Of a stretch of DNA of 33,551 nt, positions 22,325 through 32,751 are shown in pieces. The notes under the pieces were generated by a model. It worked only from the letters and a program-made list of their open reading frames with translations, had not been told where the DNA came from and did no database searches. A program made the translations under genes and the position numbers. Source of the stretch: Chiloscyllium plagiosum (taxonomy: Eukaryota); assembly GCF_004010195.1 (NCBI RefSeq), contig NW_025214129.1, forward strand, positions 1-33,551, written 5' to 3'. How positions within the stretch are numbered: position 1 is the first letter of the stretch; each line of letters begins with the position of its first letter.

Positions 22325-23847
22325 TTTCAAGAGGACAGAAAAGAGATTGCGGGGGCCTGGCTGATATGTTTGCATCATCGCTGGCCATGGGTGAGGTCCC
22401 GGATGACTGGAAGAGAGGGAATGCTGTGCTCTTCTTCAAAAAGGGCTACAAAGAAAAACCTGGGAACTACAGACCAGTAAACCAAACATCTGTAGTTCGT
22501 AAGGTACTTGAGAAGATTCTGAAAGATAAGATAAACATACATTTGGAAAGGCAGGGTATGATTAGGAGCAGTCTGCACGGCTTTGTGTATGGGAGATCAT
22601 TGCTGACAAATTTATTCGAGTTGTTTGATGAAAAGTGACCAGAAACGTTGACGAGGGCAGGGTGATATATGTAGTCCAATTGATTTCAGCAAGGCCTTCA
22701 TGGTACACTGCTCTGAAAGGTTAGATTGCATGGAATTGAGTAGGAACAGGGCAAATTAGATACAAAATTGTCTTGATGGTAGGAAGCAGAGAGTTATAGT
22801 GGAAGGATGCTTGTCGGACTGGATACCTGTCACTAGTGGAGTGCCTCAGTGTTCGGTGCAGGGACCATTTCTGTTTGTTTTATGTATAATGATTTAATTT
22901 TGAATGTACAAGGAATGATTATTAAGATTGTAGATGACAATAAATAATGTGGTATCGTGCACAGTGAGGAAGGTTGTCAGACATTGTTGCAGGATCTTAA
23001 TCAGCTGAGGAAGTGGGCCAAGAAATGGCAAATGGAGTTGAATGTGAATAAATATGAGTTCTTGCATTTTACAAAGTCAATTCAGGGTCGGCGTTTCATG
23101 GTGAATGGTTGGGCTTTAAGGGTTGTAGTGGAACAGCCAGACCCTGGAATTCAGATGCACGGTTCTATGAAAGTTGATTCAGACATAGACAGGAGAGTGA
23201 GGAAGGCTTTTGGCACACTGACCTTCATCGGTCAGGGCATTGAATATCGAAGTTGGGGATTTATGTTACAGTTATACAGCATGCTGATGAGGCCATACTT
23301 GCAGCATTATATTCAGTTTTGTTCACTTTGTTAAGGGAAGGATGTTATTAAACTGGAAGAACTGGAAAGAGGAACTTGACAAGGATGTTGCCAAGGGCTC
23401 AATGGTCTGTGTTTTAATGAGAGGTTTGACAAGCTAGGACATTTTACTTTATCGTGTATGAGACTGAGGGGGAATCTGATGGAAGCGTATAAGATCATGG
23501 CAGGCATGGATAGTGAATGCACTCAGTCTTTTTTTCCCCACTGTTGGACAATCCCAGACTAGAGGGCATCAGTTTAAGGTCAGACGAGAAAGAATAAAAG
23601 TGAATATGAGGGGCAACATTTTTTACACAGAGGGTGGTATGCATATAGAATGAGCTGCCAGCGGAAATCATTGAGGCAGGTACATTAACAACACTTAACA
23701 GGCATTTGGACAAATACATGAACAGGAGAGGCTGAGAAGGATACCGGGAAAGAGCATGGAAACGGTGTTAGTGTGAATGGACATTTTGTCTGGAATGGAC
23801 TACTTTGGGCTGAAGGGCCTTTCTCTATGCTGCAGGACTCTGTGACT
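22325..23847 (+). mobile_element. 5'-truncated CR1 LINE: RT domain through 3'UTR
   Basis: GEVPDDWKRGNAVLFFKKG..EKPGNYRPV, HGFVYGRSLLTNLFE, AGTGGAGTGCCTCAG (SGVPQ), WAKKWQMELNV, GIEYRSW; ends GACTCTGTGACTC. Confidence 0.92.
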
Positions 23848-24235
23848 CGAAAAAACATTGCTTGTCTCTCACTGAATGTTATATTGTACTTTTCCAATTC
23901 ACTGGAGCTAACTTGACCCTCGCGCCTCCAGGCTTCCACGATGTTTGACTATAATGTTCAAAATTTCTATATTACATGCAGACGGTATGTAAAATGCAAC
24001 ATATTAATGTCTCAATTCCTCAAAGCTGCTTCAGAGCAAGGTTAGTAATTAGTCTTTCTGACCACAGAACACCAAATCCTAAATAACCTGCTCTCTAGTT
24101 TGGTTCACAACATACTCTTCAACCCACCTGATACACAATTATGGAATTTATTTGTCACAACACTAGCAGTCACTTAGTTAACGCAGTTTCGATACAACTT
24201 GATGCCATCCAGTATTATTGCAGCACCCACGATTA

Positions 24236-24570
24236 TTTGTTACTCATTTACAGGATGAGGGTGTCGCATTTATAACCAGCATTTATTGCCCATGCCTGAA
24301 GGCTGTTAAAAGTCAACAACATTGCCTTGATCTGGAGTCACATGCAGGCCAGACCAGGTAAGGACAGCAGTTTCCTTCCCTGAAGGACATCAGTGAACCA
24401 GATGAGTATATACAACATTCGACAATGGGTTACTGGTCGTCATAAACCCTTGATTCCATGTACTTATTGAATTCACATTCCACCATCCGCCATGACAGGA
24501 TTCAAACTTGGTACTCCCTGGGTCTCTGGGTTAAGAGCCCAGCGATAATACCACGAGGCCATTTTCCCCT
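24236..24570 (-). mobile_element. tRNA-derived SINE, near full length
   Basis: Minus-strand A-box-like TGGCCTCGTGG (24561-24551) and B-box-like GTTTGAATCC (24507-24498), then the conserved core and a GGGCAATAAATGCTGG tail. Confidence 0.85.
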
Positions 24571-24574
24571 TGCA

Positions 24575-25050
24575 TATACTTGCATATCCAATTTCCAGAG
24601 CATATGATGCAAAATATTTGTGCGACAGTTTTGGTCTCGATATATAACGCACCAATGTTTGCTTCTCTTTGCTATTTGTAAGATCCACCCAAACTGATTC
24701 TGTGGAATCTGAGGGACAGGGTCTGTGGCGTTGGTAGTGATCGACTTGGACAAGACATAAAGGGAGACTCGCCTCGACGCTGGGATGATATGAAGAATTG
24801 GTCAGCAATACAGGACAAGCATCAACATCCTCCCCGCTCTGTCAGGATAAGTGCTACTATATTCTCTCTGCTCCCTCACACTCACTGTATACCTGTTATA
24901 GCACCTACCCCTGAACAAGGCTCACACTGTCTCTCCAAATAAGGCTCAAGCATGACAACTCTCACTCTTAAATTCAGCACCTTCCTTCACCGAAATTTTC
25001 TGTCACTGACAAAATAGCCCTGCACATTAATATCATGGCGTGGATACAAC
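24575..25050 (-). mobile_element. Decayed CR1 endonuclease N-terminal fragment
   Basis: ORF 24473-24808 contains STESVWVDLTNSKEKQTLVRYISRP, matching CR1 APE E..WV.L.N.KG..TL.G..YRP. Confidence 0.6.
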
Positions 25051-25429
25051 ACTATGGACAGACTCCATCCTGACACCTCACCCTTCCCCCATCCACCTAC
25101 ACCAGCACTAACAGCAGGGCTACCCACTCCAACCCTCACTCCTTCCCTTCCTTTCTCCCATTCCTGGAGAAACAGCCTGGAATAGGACAGAAAGGACCAA
25201 GCCAGATGGTGGAGTGCCTGACATCCATTCCCTCATCCCCCTACTCCGCCATGTGGGGAGGACCCTTGTAGGAGCCGGAAAGGACCAGGAGGCCTTGTGT
25301 GGAAATTCTGAAACATCCACATCCCACCAAGCGAGTAAGGAGCAATAGTCAGTAAAGAGCAGTTCTCAATTTAAACTCACTGGCAATTCCAACCTCATCT
25401 CTCTCACTCGTAAAAAGAACAGATGCCCC

Positions 25430-25690
25430 ATTGCACAGAGATGCAGGCATTGAAATACACAGAAATATTGGTAACCACTACAATATACTAACATGCACAG
25501 TGCATACAAGGAGATAAGCATACACACACAGAGAAGCACACAGAGACATATATAGTCACTCACAAATAGACAGAAACACAGATAGAAACACACAGTCTGA
25601 TACCCAGACAGACAGAGGTAGTCACAAAAATACACAGATAACAAGCACATAGACACACACACACATACACACAAAGACACAGACACTAGT
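25430..25690 (+). repeat. Degenerate (CA/GACA)n microsatellite-like low-complexity tract
   Basis: ACACACAC/ACAGAC runs; accounts for the Cys/Val/Leu-rich spurious ORF 25366-25800. Confidence 0.85.
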
Positions 25691-25850
25691 GTCATTAAGA
25701 CACAAATAAATAAGTTTTTGATTGATAAGGAGATCAAGAATTCTAGGGAGAAGGTAGTAGAATGATGTTGAGAAACATGTAAGAAATGATTGAACAGCAT
25801 GACAGACTTGATGGGCCGAATGGCCTAATTCTGTTCCTTTCTTTAATGCT
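25690..25850 (+). mobile_element. CR1 3'UTR fragment
   Basis: GATGGGCCGAATGGCCTAATTCTGTTCCT terminal motif. Confidence 0.65.
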
Positions 25851-26499
25851 TGTGTGGTGTTATTCTATCAGGTATTCTCTTCCTGAGACAGCAACAGAGG
25901 CTGGGTTTGATAAATATTTGATTGGAAAGAATCAGTGGTATTGTGGAACAGAGCTGGATGCCGGAATGGTTTATGTCTATTCATAGTTATCGTATCCTTT
26001 TATCCGAAAAGGGGCAGTCATTTGATGTGAGATCAAGGCAGACTTAAAATAATGGGTCCCACAGTGAAATCAGGATGTGCCCTTCCCTTTAGTGTTTTGC
26101 TCCCTGTGGTGTACTCATCCTCAGAGAGCAGTGAAGACTCAGTTATTGAAGATATTCTAGGCTGAGCTCGACTGATCTTTGCTGGACTGGAGAGTCAATG
26201 TTTGTTGGGAACAGACAGGAGAGGGATGGTTAGACACAATCGGATCTGCCATGAGCATTCCGAATGGTGCAGCCGAATGGCCAACTGCCGCCCCTACCCC
26301 ATGTGTGGTTCCCTCAATCCAGCCCTCGAGTCTATTACAGGGTAGGGGACCACCCCATCCAGTTACACAGGTCGTTACAATGAGATGGGAAGAGACCATT
26401 CTGCTCGTCAAAGGAGTTACACAGGAATATAGAATGAAGTAATTCAGCTCGTTGAGTACATTTCACAGCCCAGGAGGAGGCCATTCAACCTGCCTAAAC

Positions 26500-27200
26500 T
26501 ACTGCATAGGAACAGGGATGCTGTCCCTAACAGGAAATAGACAGTAGAAATAAATGAATATTTTTACCAATATATAGGTAGTTGGACGAAGGGATTGAAT
26601 GGATATCATTCGATATATCTTCGAATGGAGGTAGTGAATCTGCATTGTGATATAGACAGGGAAGGTTAGTGAGCAAACCTTCAGCAGAAATAATATAACG
26701 TGAGATTTCTATTGTGGTAGGAAGGATAGAACAGCCGGAAACAATTTAAATGGAGAGAGATCACAGAACTCTGTGATGCAGAGTTTTTTCATATTCCTGG
26801 TACATGAATCATATGAAGTCTGTCTGCAGATGCTGCAAGTGGCTTGGACGGTAAGTGAAATGATGCTGTTTGTGGCCACGGGTATTGGGTTTAATCAGGA
26901 ATGTTTTGCTTCATCTGTACAGGGCATTACTGAAACCACATCAGATACACTGGGTGCAGTTTTGATTCTTTAAACTAAAAAACTGATATAATTCCTTCCT
27001 AAGATTTTCAAAGATGCTTCCCTTTACTCATTCCTGAAATGAAAGCCATTTGTTATCGGGGATGATCTTTTTGGGTCTTCGATGAGAAATCTTATTGAAC
27101 CACGGTTTTCAGAAAAGTGTATCAGCTGGATACATATTTTCTCTTGCTAAAGAGGCTAAAGCTGGAGATTATTTTTTACGAATGAGATGTATTGATATTA
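26500..27200 (+). mobile_element. Very old CR1 RT C-terminal fragment
   Basis: ORF 26773 VCLQMLQVAWTVSEMMLFVATGIGF weakly matches the CR1 QV..A.KKA.GML.FI.RGIEF motif. Confidence 0.5.
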
Positions 27201-28374
27201 ACACAAATATTATGAAGATATTAACCCATTTTTGAAAATTATGCAGACACATATAAACATGTCATCAGATTATAAAGCGGGCACTTTTTTTTTGCTAATG
27301 AAAGACACTGTGCATAACAAAAGCAATGATGCTGCATACAACATATATTCCAATACCATCCATTCCAGAGCATGTTCATGGAGAGTACACATGGCCCAGT
27401 TTGGTGGTCAGTTGACATTATTTTATTTTTCCACACAGGGAGGGAGAAAAATATTACCTACCTCAGAAGTAGAAGCCAATTGCTCTCTCTGTCTCTGACT
27501 TTGTTCTGCCTGAAATCAAGGTATAAGAGCAGAAAATCCCTGCGTCATCTTTACCTCTCGTGGAGGATTCCTGATGAGGATTCATAGAAATCTCTCCACT
27601 GCCCGAAGCAAAGGGAATTCAGCCAAATCCAACTGTTCTGGGGAAAAATCCCATTACCAGACATTTGTGGGAGCAGAATAATTTCAATGGCAGAAAAACA
27701 TTTGAGACACTCTGTCATTCTACCATTTGTTAAGAGTTCAACTTTGTGTGTCTCACACTTTTCTAGGAAATTACCCAGCCTGACACCTATATCATTGGAC
27801 ACATGACTAAACGGGTTACATTTGAAATTTGCTTTCACCCGGAGGTGTGGGAAAAGCATTAGAGACCCTCGAACATTGGTTAGAACATGAACAAGAGATT
27901 CTCAAAGGGCTGTTAAAGTGTGAATTCCCTTCCCCAGAAGTTTCCATTTATTAAAAATTGTGTATGTTAAACATTTGACAGACAAACGAATGTCGGTAAA
28001 TGGCACACAGACAGAAAACTGTTGTTGAGACGATAATCAGAACTTATTCCTTGGTGGAGCAGTGACAAAGTGTGTCATGACAAACTCCTGCTCCTCAGTG
28101 CTATGTTCCTATGTTCCATTCAGCTCCTCACAGCTCCTGCAAGGAGCAGATGGGGGCCACTTGCTCCAAATACCTGGTCCACTGCAATACAGGATCTCAC
28201 TCAATCCCTCGCAACTGTCACACACAGATTGGTATGGATTGGAAAATGTTATTTGGAAATGCAGGCTGGGTTCTAAAGATGTCTCTGGTCTCTTTACAGA
28301 GTGCCCCCTCTCTGCAACTTATGCTTCATTTGTTGGTCTTGGTCTAGACCACGATTCATTATGAATAAAGCCCC

Positions 28375-28591
28375 ATATCTCACTCAGAGATGACTCAAAA
28401 TGCTTTGTTCTCTCTGAGTGCAACACTCAATAACAGAACATCCAGGAAAATTACAACCGTTTACTTTGCAAATAAAGAAAATATATCTCACTCAGAGATG
28501 ACTCAAAAATGCTTTGTTCTCTCTGAGTGCAACACTCAATAACAGAACATCCAGGAAAATTACAACCGTTTACTTTGCAATTAAAGAAAAT
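28375..28591. repeat. Near-perfect 108/109-bp tandem duplication; each unit has a 10-bp inverted repeat
   Basis: Units 28375-28482 and 28483-28591 differ by one A insertion and one substitution; CACTCAGAGA (28381-28390) / TCTCTGAGTG (28411-28420). Confidence 0.95.
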
Positions 28592-28830
28592 GAGAACATA
28601 AGGAACAGTATAAGGTAATTCGGACAGTCAAGCCATTGTATACAATATTGGCTGATCTGCTGTAAACATTAACTCCTCTTTAATGCCCAATTCTTCACAC
28701 CCCTCAGCTCTCTGACAGGTCAACTATCCATCTACCGCCTCTTTAAATAGTTTCAGTGATGTAGCTCCCTTAACTCTCTAGCCCAGATAATTCCTGACAG
28801 TGATTACCCTCTGTGAGAGGACAACACTCC
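28592..28830 (-). mobile_element. Decayed CR1 3' end
   Basis: GAACATAAGGAACAG...ATTC..., TGGCTGATCT and ACCCTCTGTGAG motifs of a reverse-oriented CR1 terminus. Confidence 0.5.
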
Positions 28831-28869
28831 CTGCAAATACGCTATCACCTATTGATATGAACAAGAGGT

Positions 28870-29340
28870 GAACATAGGAGCTCAGGAAAGAGTGAATGGC
28901 CTTGATATCAAGGCAGTATTTGACTGAGAATGTCATCGGGACCACCTACTTATTTGAGCTGAATGGGATTCAGGGGTAACCTCCCACTGGTTGGGGTCTT
29001 TCAGAGCACAGAGGAAGATGTTTGTGGGCGGTGGCAGACTATCCTCTCAATCCCAGATCATCTCTTCAGGAGATCCTCAGGTTAATTTCCTCAGTGCAAA
29101 CATCTTCAGCTGCTTTGTCGACATCTACGCACCCGCACCCCTGGCACCCCACATCCCTCATGAGATCAGCGGCGGGGTGATCACTGAAGATCACACAATG
29201 TTTAGAAAATTTTGTCCCTCCTCAGCTCCTGAACCAGTCTCTGTGTCCATGTGCAGCATGACCTGGACAGCATTCAGATTTGTACTGTTAAAGTGTCGGT
29301 AACATTCATGTAACAGCAGAGCCAGACACTGCATATTTCC
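28870..29340 (+). mobile_element. Decayed LINE RT core fragment
   Basis: GCCTTGATATCAAGGCAGTATTTGAC (ALDIKAVFD) and ORF 28991 SSGDPQVNFLSANIFSCFVD, matching [14 protein letters not shown]. Confidence 0.7.
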
Positions 29341-29384
29341 ACAGTTAAAAAAGGATCTCATTCAGCATATCAAGCTGGTTACAT

Positions 29385-29640
29385 GGATATGTAGAAGCCA
29401 TTCAGCCCATCGAAATGACTGAACAAGAAGAGTGACAGCCCATTCAATCCTGCTGCCTGTTCCCCAGGAATTGAAGTGGTCTGGTCAGTACATTGAGCTG
29501 TTAAACAGGAACAGGTAGAGCCCAATCAGGCACTTGAACCGATGGAACGAGGAGGAGGCCATTCAGTCACTCAAGATACTTATACATGAACAGGAGAGTG
29601 TCATTGATGCTCCAACCTGAATAACCAATGGAGCAGAGAA
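29385..29640 (-). repeat. Degenerate ~40-bp tandem array (GGAACAGGAGGAGGCCATTCAG-like unit)
   Basis: GCCATTCAG (~29397), CCCATTCAA (~29439), CCCAATCAG (~29521), GCCATTCAG (~29558), most preceded by GAACAG/GAACAA; reverse complement of the 440-570 array. Confidence 0.55.
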
Positions 29641-30080
29641 TGCACTCATAGACGGCTTACGATGTTCCTTGTGGCTCCATGACCTGTGCAACATATGGTA
29701 CTTTAACGTGGTTTGCCGGCAGTGAGGAAGGAAGCCAGATGTTTTGTGCCAAGTCTCAAAGGGGCATCTTTCATCACCGAGAAGACAGACCCGCGAAGGA
29801 GACTGAAATATCCTGAAAGTGGTCTTGGGCAGGATTGGTGAGTGTGGAGAATATGTAGAAATGTAAATCTGAATGGAGAGAAAAGGTCATGGAGATTAAG
29901 AACAGTCTGGTTTCTCCTCGTGTATTGTTGAGTAAGTTGTGAATAATAATGTGATAGTTATAATTTGAAAGGAATAACATTTTTGACCGTATCTGAAAAT
30001 GATGACTTCCAAATTCCAAAATTTAAATATGAACAGCAATTCAGTTCAACTCAGTTTAATGGTCAGATGGAATGACTTAC

Positions 30081-30278
30081 CAGGAATACCAACTATACCG
30101 AGGATGGGATAGTAACCACCTTGAATAATCCAAAGGATACCTTCGATCCGTGATGCTCATGATATCCAAGGCTGAGAAAGGTAGTAAAGACCCGAGGATA
30201 AACTCCTGTGTGGTGTAATGTTCTCAGATTCTGATCCATTATTGGAACATTCCAATCTAATGTTCTCAGATTCTGATC
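30081..30278 (-). pseudogene. GPR139-like: Disrupted paralogous first exon of the GPR139/GPR142-like GPCR
   Basis: DQNLRTLDWNVPIMDQNLRTLH, frameshift, then HRSLSSGLYYLSQPWIS*ASRIEGILWIIQGGYYPILGIVGIP-G|GTAAGT (donor 30080-30075). ATG 30239 to donor is 159 nt versus 178 nt in the intact copy (19 nt shorter, out of frame); TGA at 30159-30157 in the TM1 frame, with no in-frame ATG after it. Confidence 0.8.
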
Positions 30279-30519
30279 TCTTCTCCCTGTCTCTGGAGCT
30301 GCTGATCTCTGTTAGTCCAGTCGATGATGTTCCCACCCATACTGGGGTAACACATTGAATCAAGTCCTTAATTAATAGAAGAGGCAAACCCTCCAATGAC
30401 ACATTTACGATCCACAGAGACGGACATCAATCACAGTCACTGAACAAATAGCTCCAGCCAAAGCCTTTCAATTCAATATTTTATTAAAATTCAAAACAAT
30501 GATTCAAACATTCGCATTC

Positions 30520-31060
30520 TGGATGGGATATGTGAGGGTGACTTATGGACCAAATCTTGAAGCTGGTAGATGAATTGAGTGTTACCATTTAATCTGCCTT
30601 AGATGCAGGAGTAATGCCATAAGTTTATCAGAACGTAAACATGTTTCTCTGTTTATAAATGAAAACATACATTCTGTAACTAGTGATCAAGCATTATAAT
30701 TTCAATAAAACATTGAGATAATCTTTATAGTTCATGATCCGAGGGGAATGTGTGTCTGAGAAACTTGGAGTTATAACAGACAAATGGCATGGATATGTTA
30801 ACAGAGAATTGAACGTGACAAATGACATTCAGATTGTTATTCCAATTTCAGAGAGAGGCAGATGAGGCCTGTGCTATCGATGTTATCGATGTTAGTGAAC
30901 TGTGATGAAGTGTCATTTACTGGACTTCAATTTCAGTGTGATTATAGCATTGTGGAGGAAACAGAAAACAGAAAGAATTGTGGGACATGGCAGTTCAGAC
31001 TGGAGGGAGGGACAATAATATTCATCAGTCAACAGTATTGAATGTTACCCTTTATAACTC
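30520..31060 (+). mobile_element. Very old CR1 RT fragment
   Basis: CATGGATATGTTAAC...TGACAAAT...GCAGATGAGG...GATGTTATC follows the order of the CR1 HGF / LTN / VDEG..VDV motifs. Confidence 0.4.
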
Positions 31061-31674
31061 ATATGAAGAACAGATTCAAAGATACATTTAAAGTGAGGAA
31101 TGAGGAGTAAAATTTGATTATTGAACACAAAATACAGGAACAAAATGATTTTCTGTCCATACTAAACTATGGAAAGTACAACCAGATAAGAAACACTCAT
31201 GATGTTGAGCTACATAAATTGAAATGTGTATTACAAAACCAGGGAAGTGGTGTGCAATCTTTCTCAATCATTATTTGGCCCACAGCTGAGATGCTGATAT
31301 CCCCTCTGTCAGTGATCCACCTCATTGAGATTCTCTGGCGCAGTATCTCAGTATCGAGCAGGATTCTCAGTTCCTGCTGCTGTTCACCCAGTGTATTTAA
31401 ATTTAACCAACTTCTAATTGCAAAAACAAAAATCGCCTTTTGGGCTCTGTTTCACTGTCAGCACCTCAGCTCTGTGATATTATTGGAGATAAATGATCTG
31501 AGGCCACAGCCAGTATCCGCACAGTGCTCACAGGGTATGGTACTAGATAAAGGCCTTGCAATCCGCGAGAATTTCTAAATGCAACTTTCATTTTCTGTCT
31601 GTTCCTGTCTATCTTCCGTCATGCTGTCTTCTGATCTATCCAACACACCCTCGTTTAACATTCCTCCAATCACT

Positions 31675-32439
31675 NNNNNNNNNNNNNNNNNNNNNNNNNN
31701 NNNNNNNNNNNNNNNNNNNNNNNNNNNNNNNNNNNNNNNNNNNNNNNNNNNNNNNNNNNNNNNNNNNNNNNNNNNNNNNNNNNNNNNNNNNNNNNNNNNN
31801 NNNNNNNNNNNNNNNNNNNNNNNNNNNNNNNNNNNNNNNNNNNNNNNNNNNNNNNNNNNNNNNNNNNNNNNNNNNNNNNNNNNNNNNNNNNNNNNNNNNN
31901 NNNNNNNNNNNNNNNNNNNNNNNNNNNNNNNNNNNNNNNNNNNNNNNNNNNNNNNNNNNNNNNNNNNNNNNNNNNNNNNNNNNNNNNNNNNNNNNNNNNN
32001 NNNNNNNNNNNNNNNNNNNNNNNNNNNNNNNNNNNNNNNNNNNNNNNNNNNNNNNNNNNNNNNNNNNNNNNNNNNNNNNNNNNNNNNNNNNNNNNNNNNN
32101 NNNNNNNNNNNNNNNNNNNNNNNNNNNNNNNNNNNNNNNNNNNNNNNNNNNNNNNNNNNNNNNNNNNNNNNNNNNNNNNNNNNNNNNNNNNNNNNNNNNN
32201 NNNNNNNNNNNNNNNNNNNNNNNNNNNNNNNNNNNNNNNNNNNNNNNNNNNNNNNNNNNNNNNNNNNNNNNNNNNNNNNNNNNNNNNNNNNNNNNNNNNN
32301 NNNNNNNNNNNNNNNNNNNNNNNNNNNNNNNNNNNNNNNNNNNNNNNNNNNNNNNNNNNNNNNNNNNNNNNNNNNNNNNNNNNNNNNNNNNNNNNNNNNN
32401 NNNNNNNNNNNNNNNNNNNNNNNNNNNNNNNNNNNNNNN
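31675..32439. other. Assembly gap (765 N)
   Basis: Run of N. Confidence 1.
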
Positions 32440-32506
32440 TGGGGTATAAGGATTTCAGTAAAACATTTGATAAGTACCCCATGTTAGGCTATTGCAGAAA
32501 ATATGG

Positions 32507-32727
32507 CGAGTGTGGTGTTGGAAAAGCAGAACAGATGAGGCAGCGTCCAAGTAGTAGGAGAGTCGATGTTTCATTTGTAAGCCCTTCATCAGGAATCAGT
32601 GTTCTGGTCTACAGCATCTGCAGTCTTCACTTTCTCTTAGCTCCTCGGATGCTGCCTGACCTGCTGTGCTTTTCCAGCACCACACTTTCGACTCTGATCT
32701 CAAACATCTGTAGTCCTTACCTTCTCC
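32507..32727. mobile_element. Penelope-derived inverted and tandem terminal-repeat insertion
   Basis: Left arm 32507-32596 is inverted relative to 32640-32727, with an extra partial terminal copy at 32603-32637; TSD CAGAAAATATGG (32495-32506) / CAGAAAATACGG (32728-32739). Confidence 0.8.
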
Positions 32728-32751
32728 CAGAAAATACGGGGACGTGGAATT

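Noticed and set aside
24498..24570. tRNA gene
   Set aside because: The A and B boxes belong to a SINE head; no complete cloverleaf, and the sequence continues into the SINE core.
25366..25800. 144-aa hydrophobic Cys-rich ORF resembling a membrane protein
   Set aside because: Translation of a degenerate (TG)n microsatellite.
28375..28591. CRISPR-like repeat with palindrome
   Set aside because: Eukaryotic context, only two units, no unique spacers, no cas genes.
31280..31477. Imperfect inverted repeat AGCTGAGATGCTGATA / TGTCAGCACCTCAGCT (14/16), ~160 bp apart
   Set aside because: Short, no TSD or second copy in the window; cannot be distinguished from chance or an ancient MITE.
31114..31578. 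154-aa plus-strand ORF
   Set aside because: Starts at TTG, no recognisable domain or splice context; consistent with a chance ORF.
31556..32487. Long ORFs of 270-302 aa
   Set aside because: Almost entirely N-gap.
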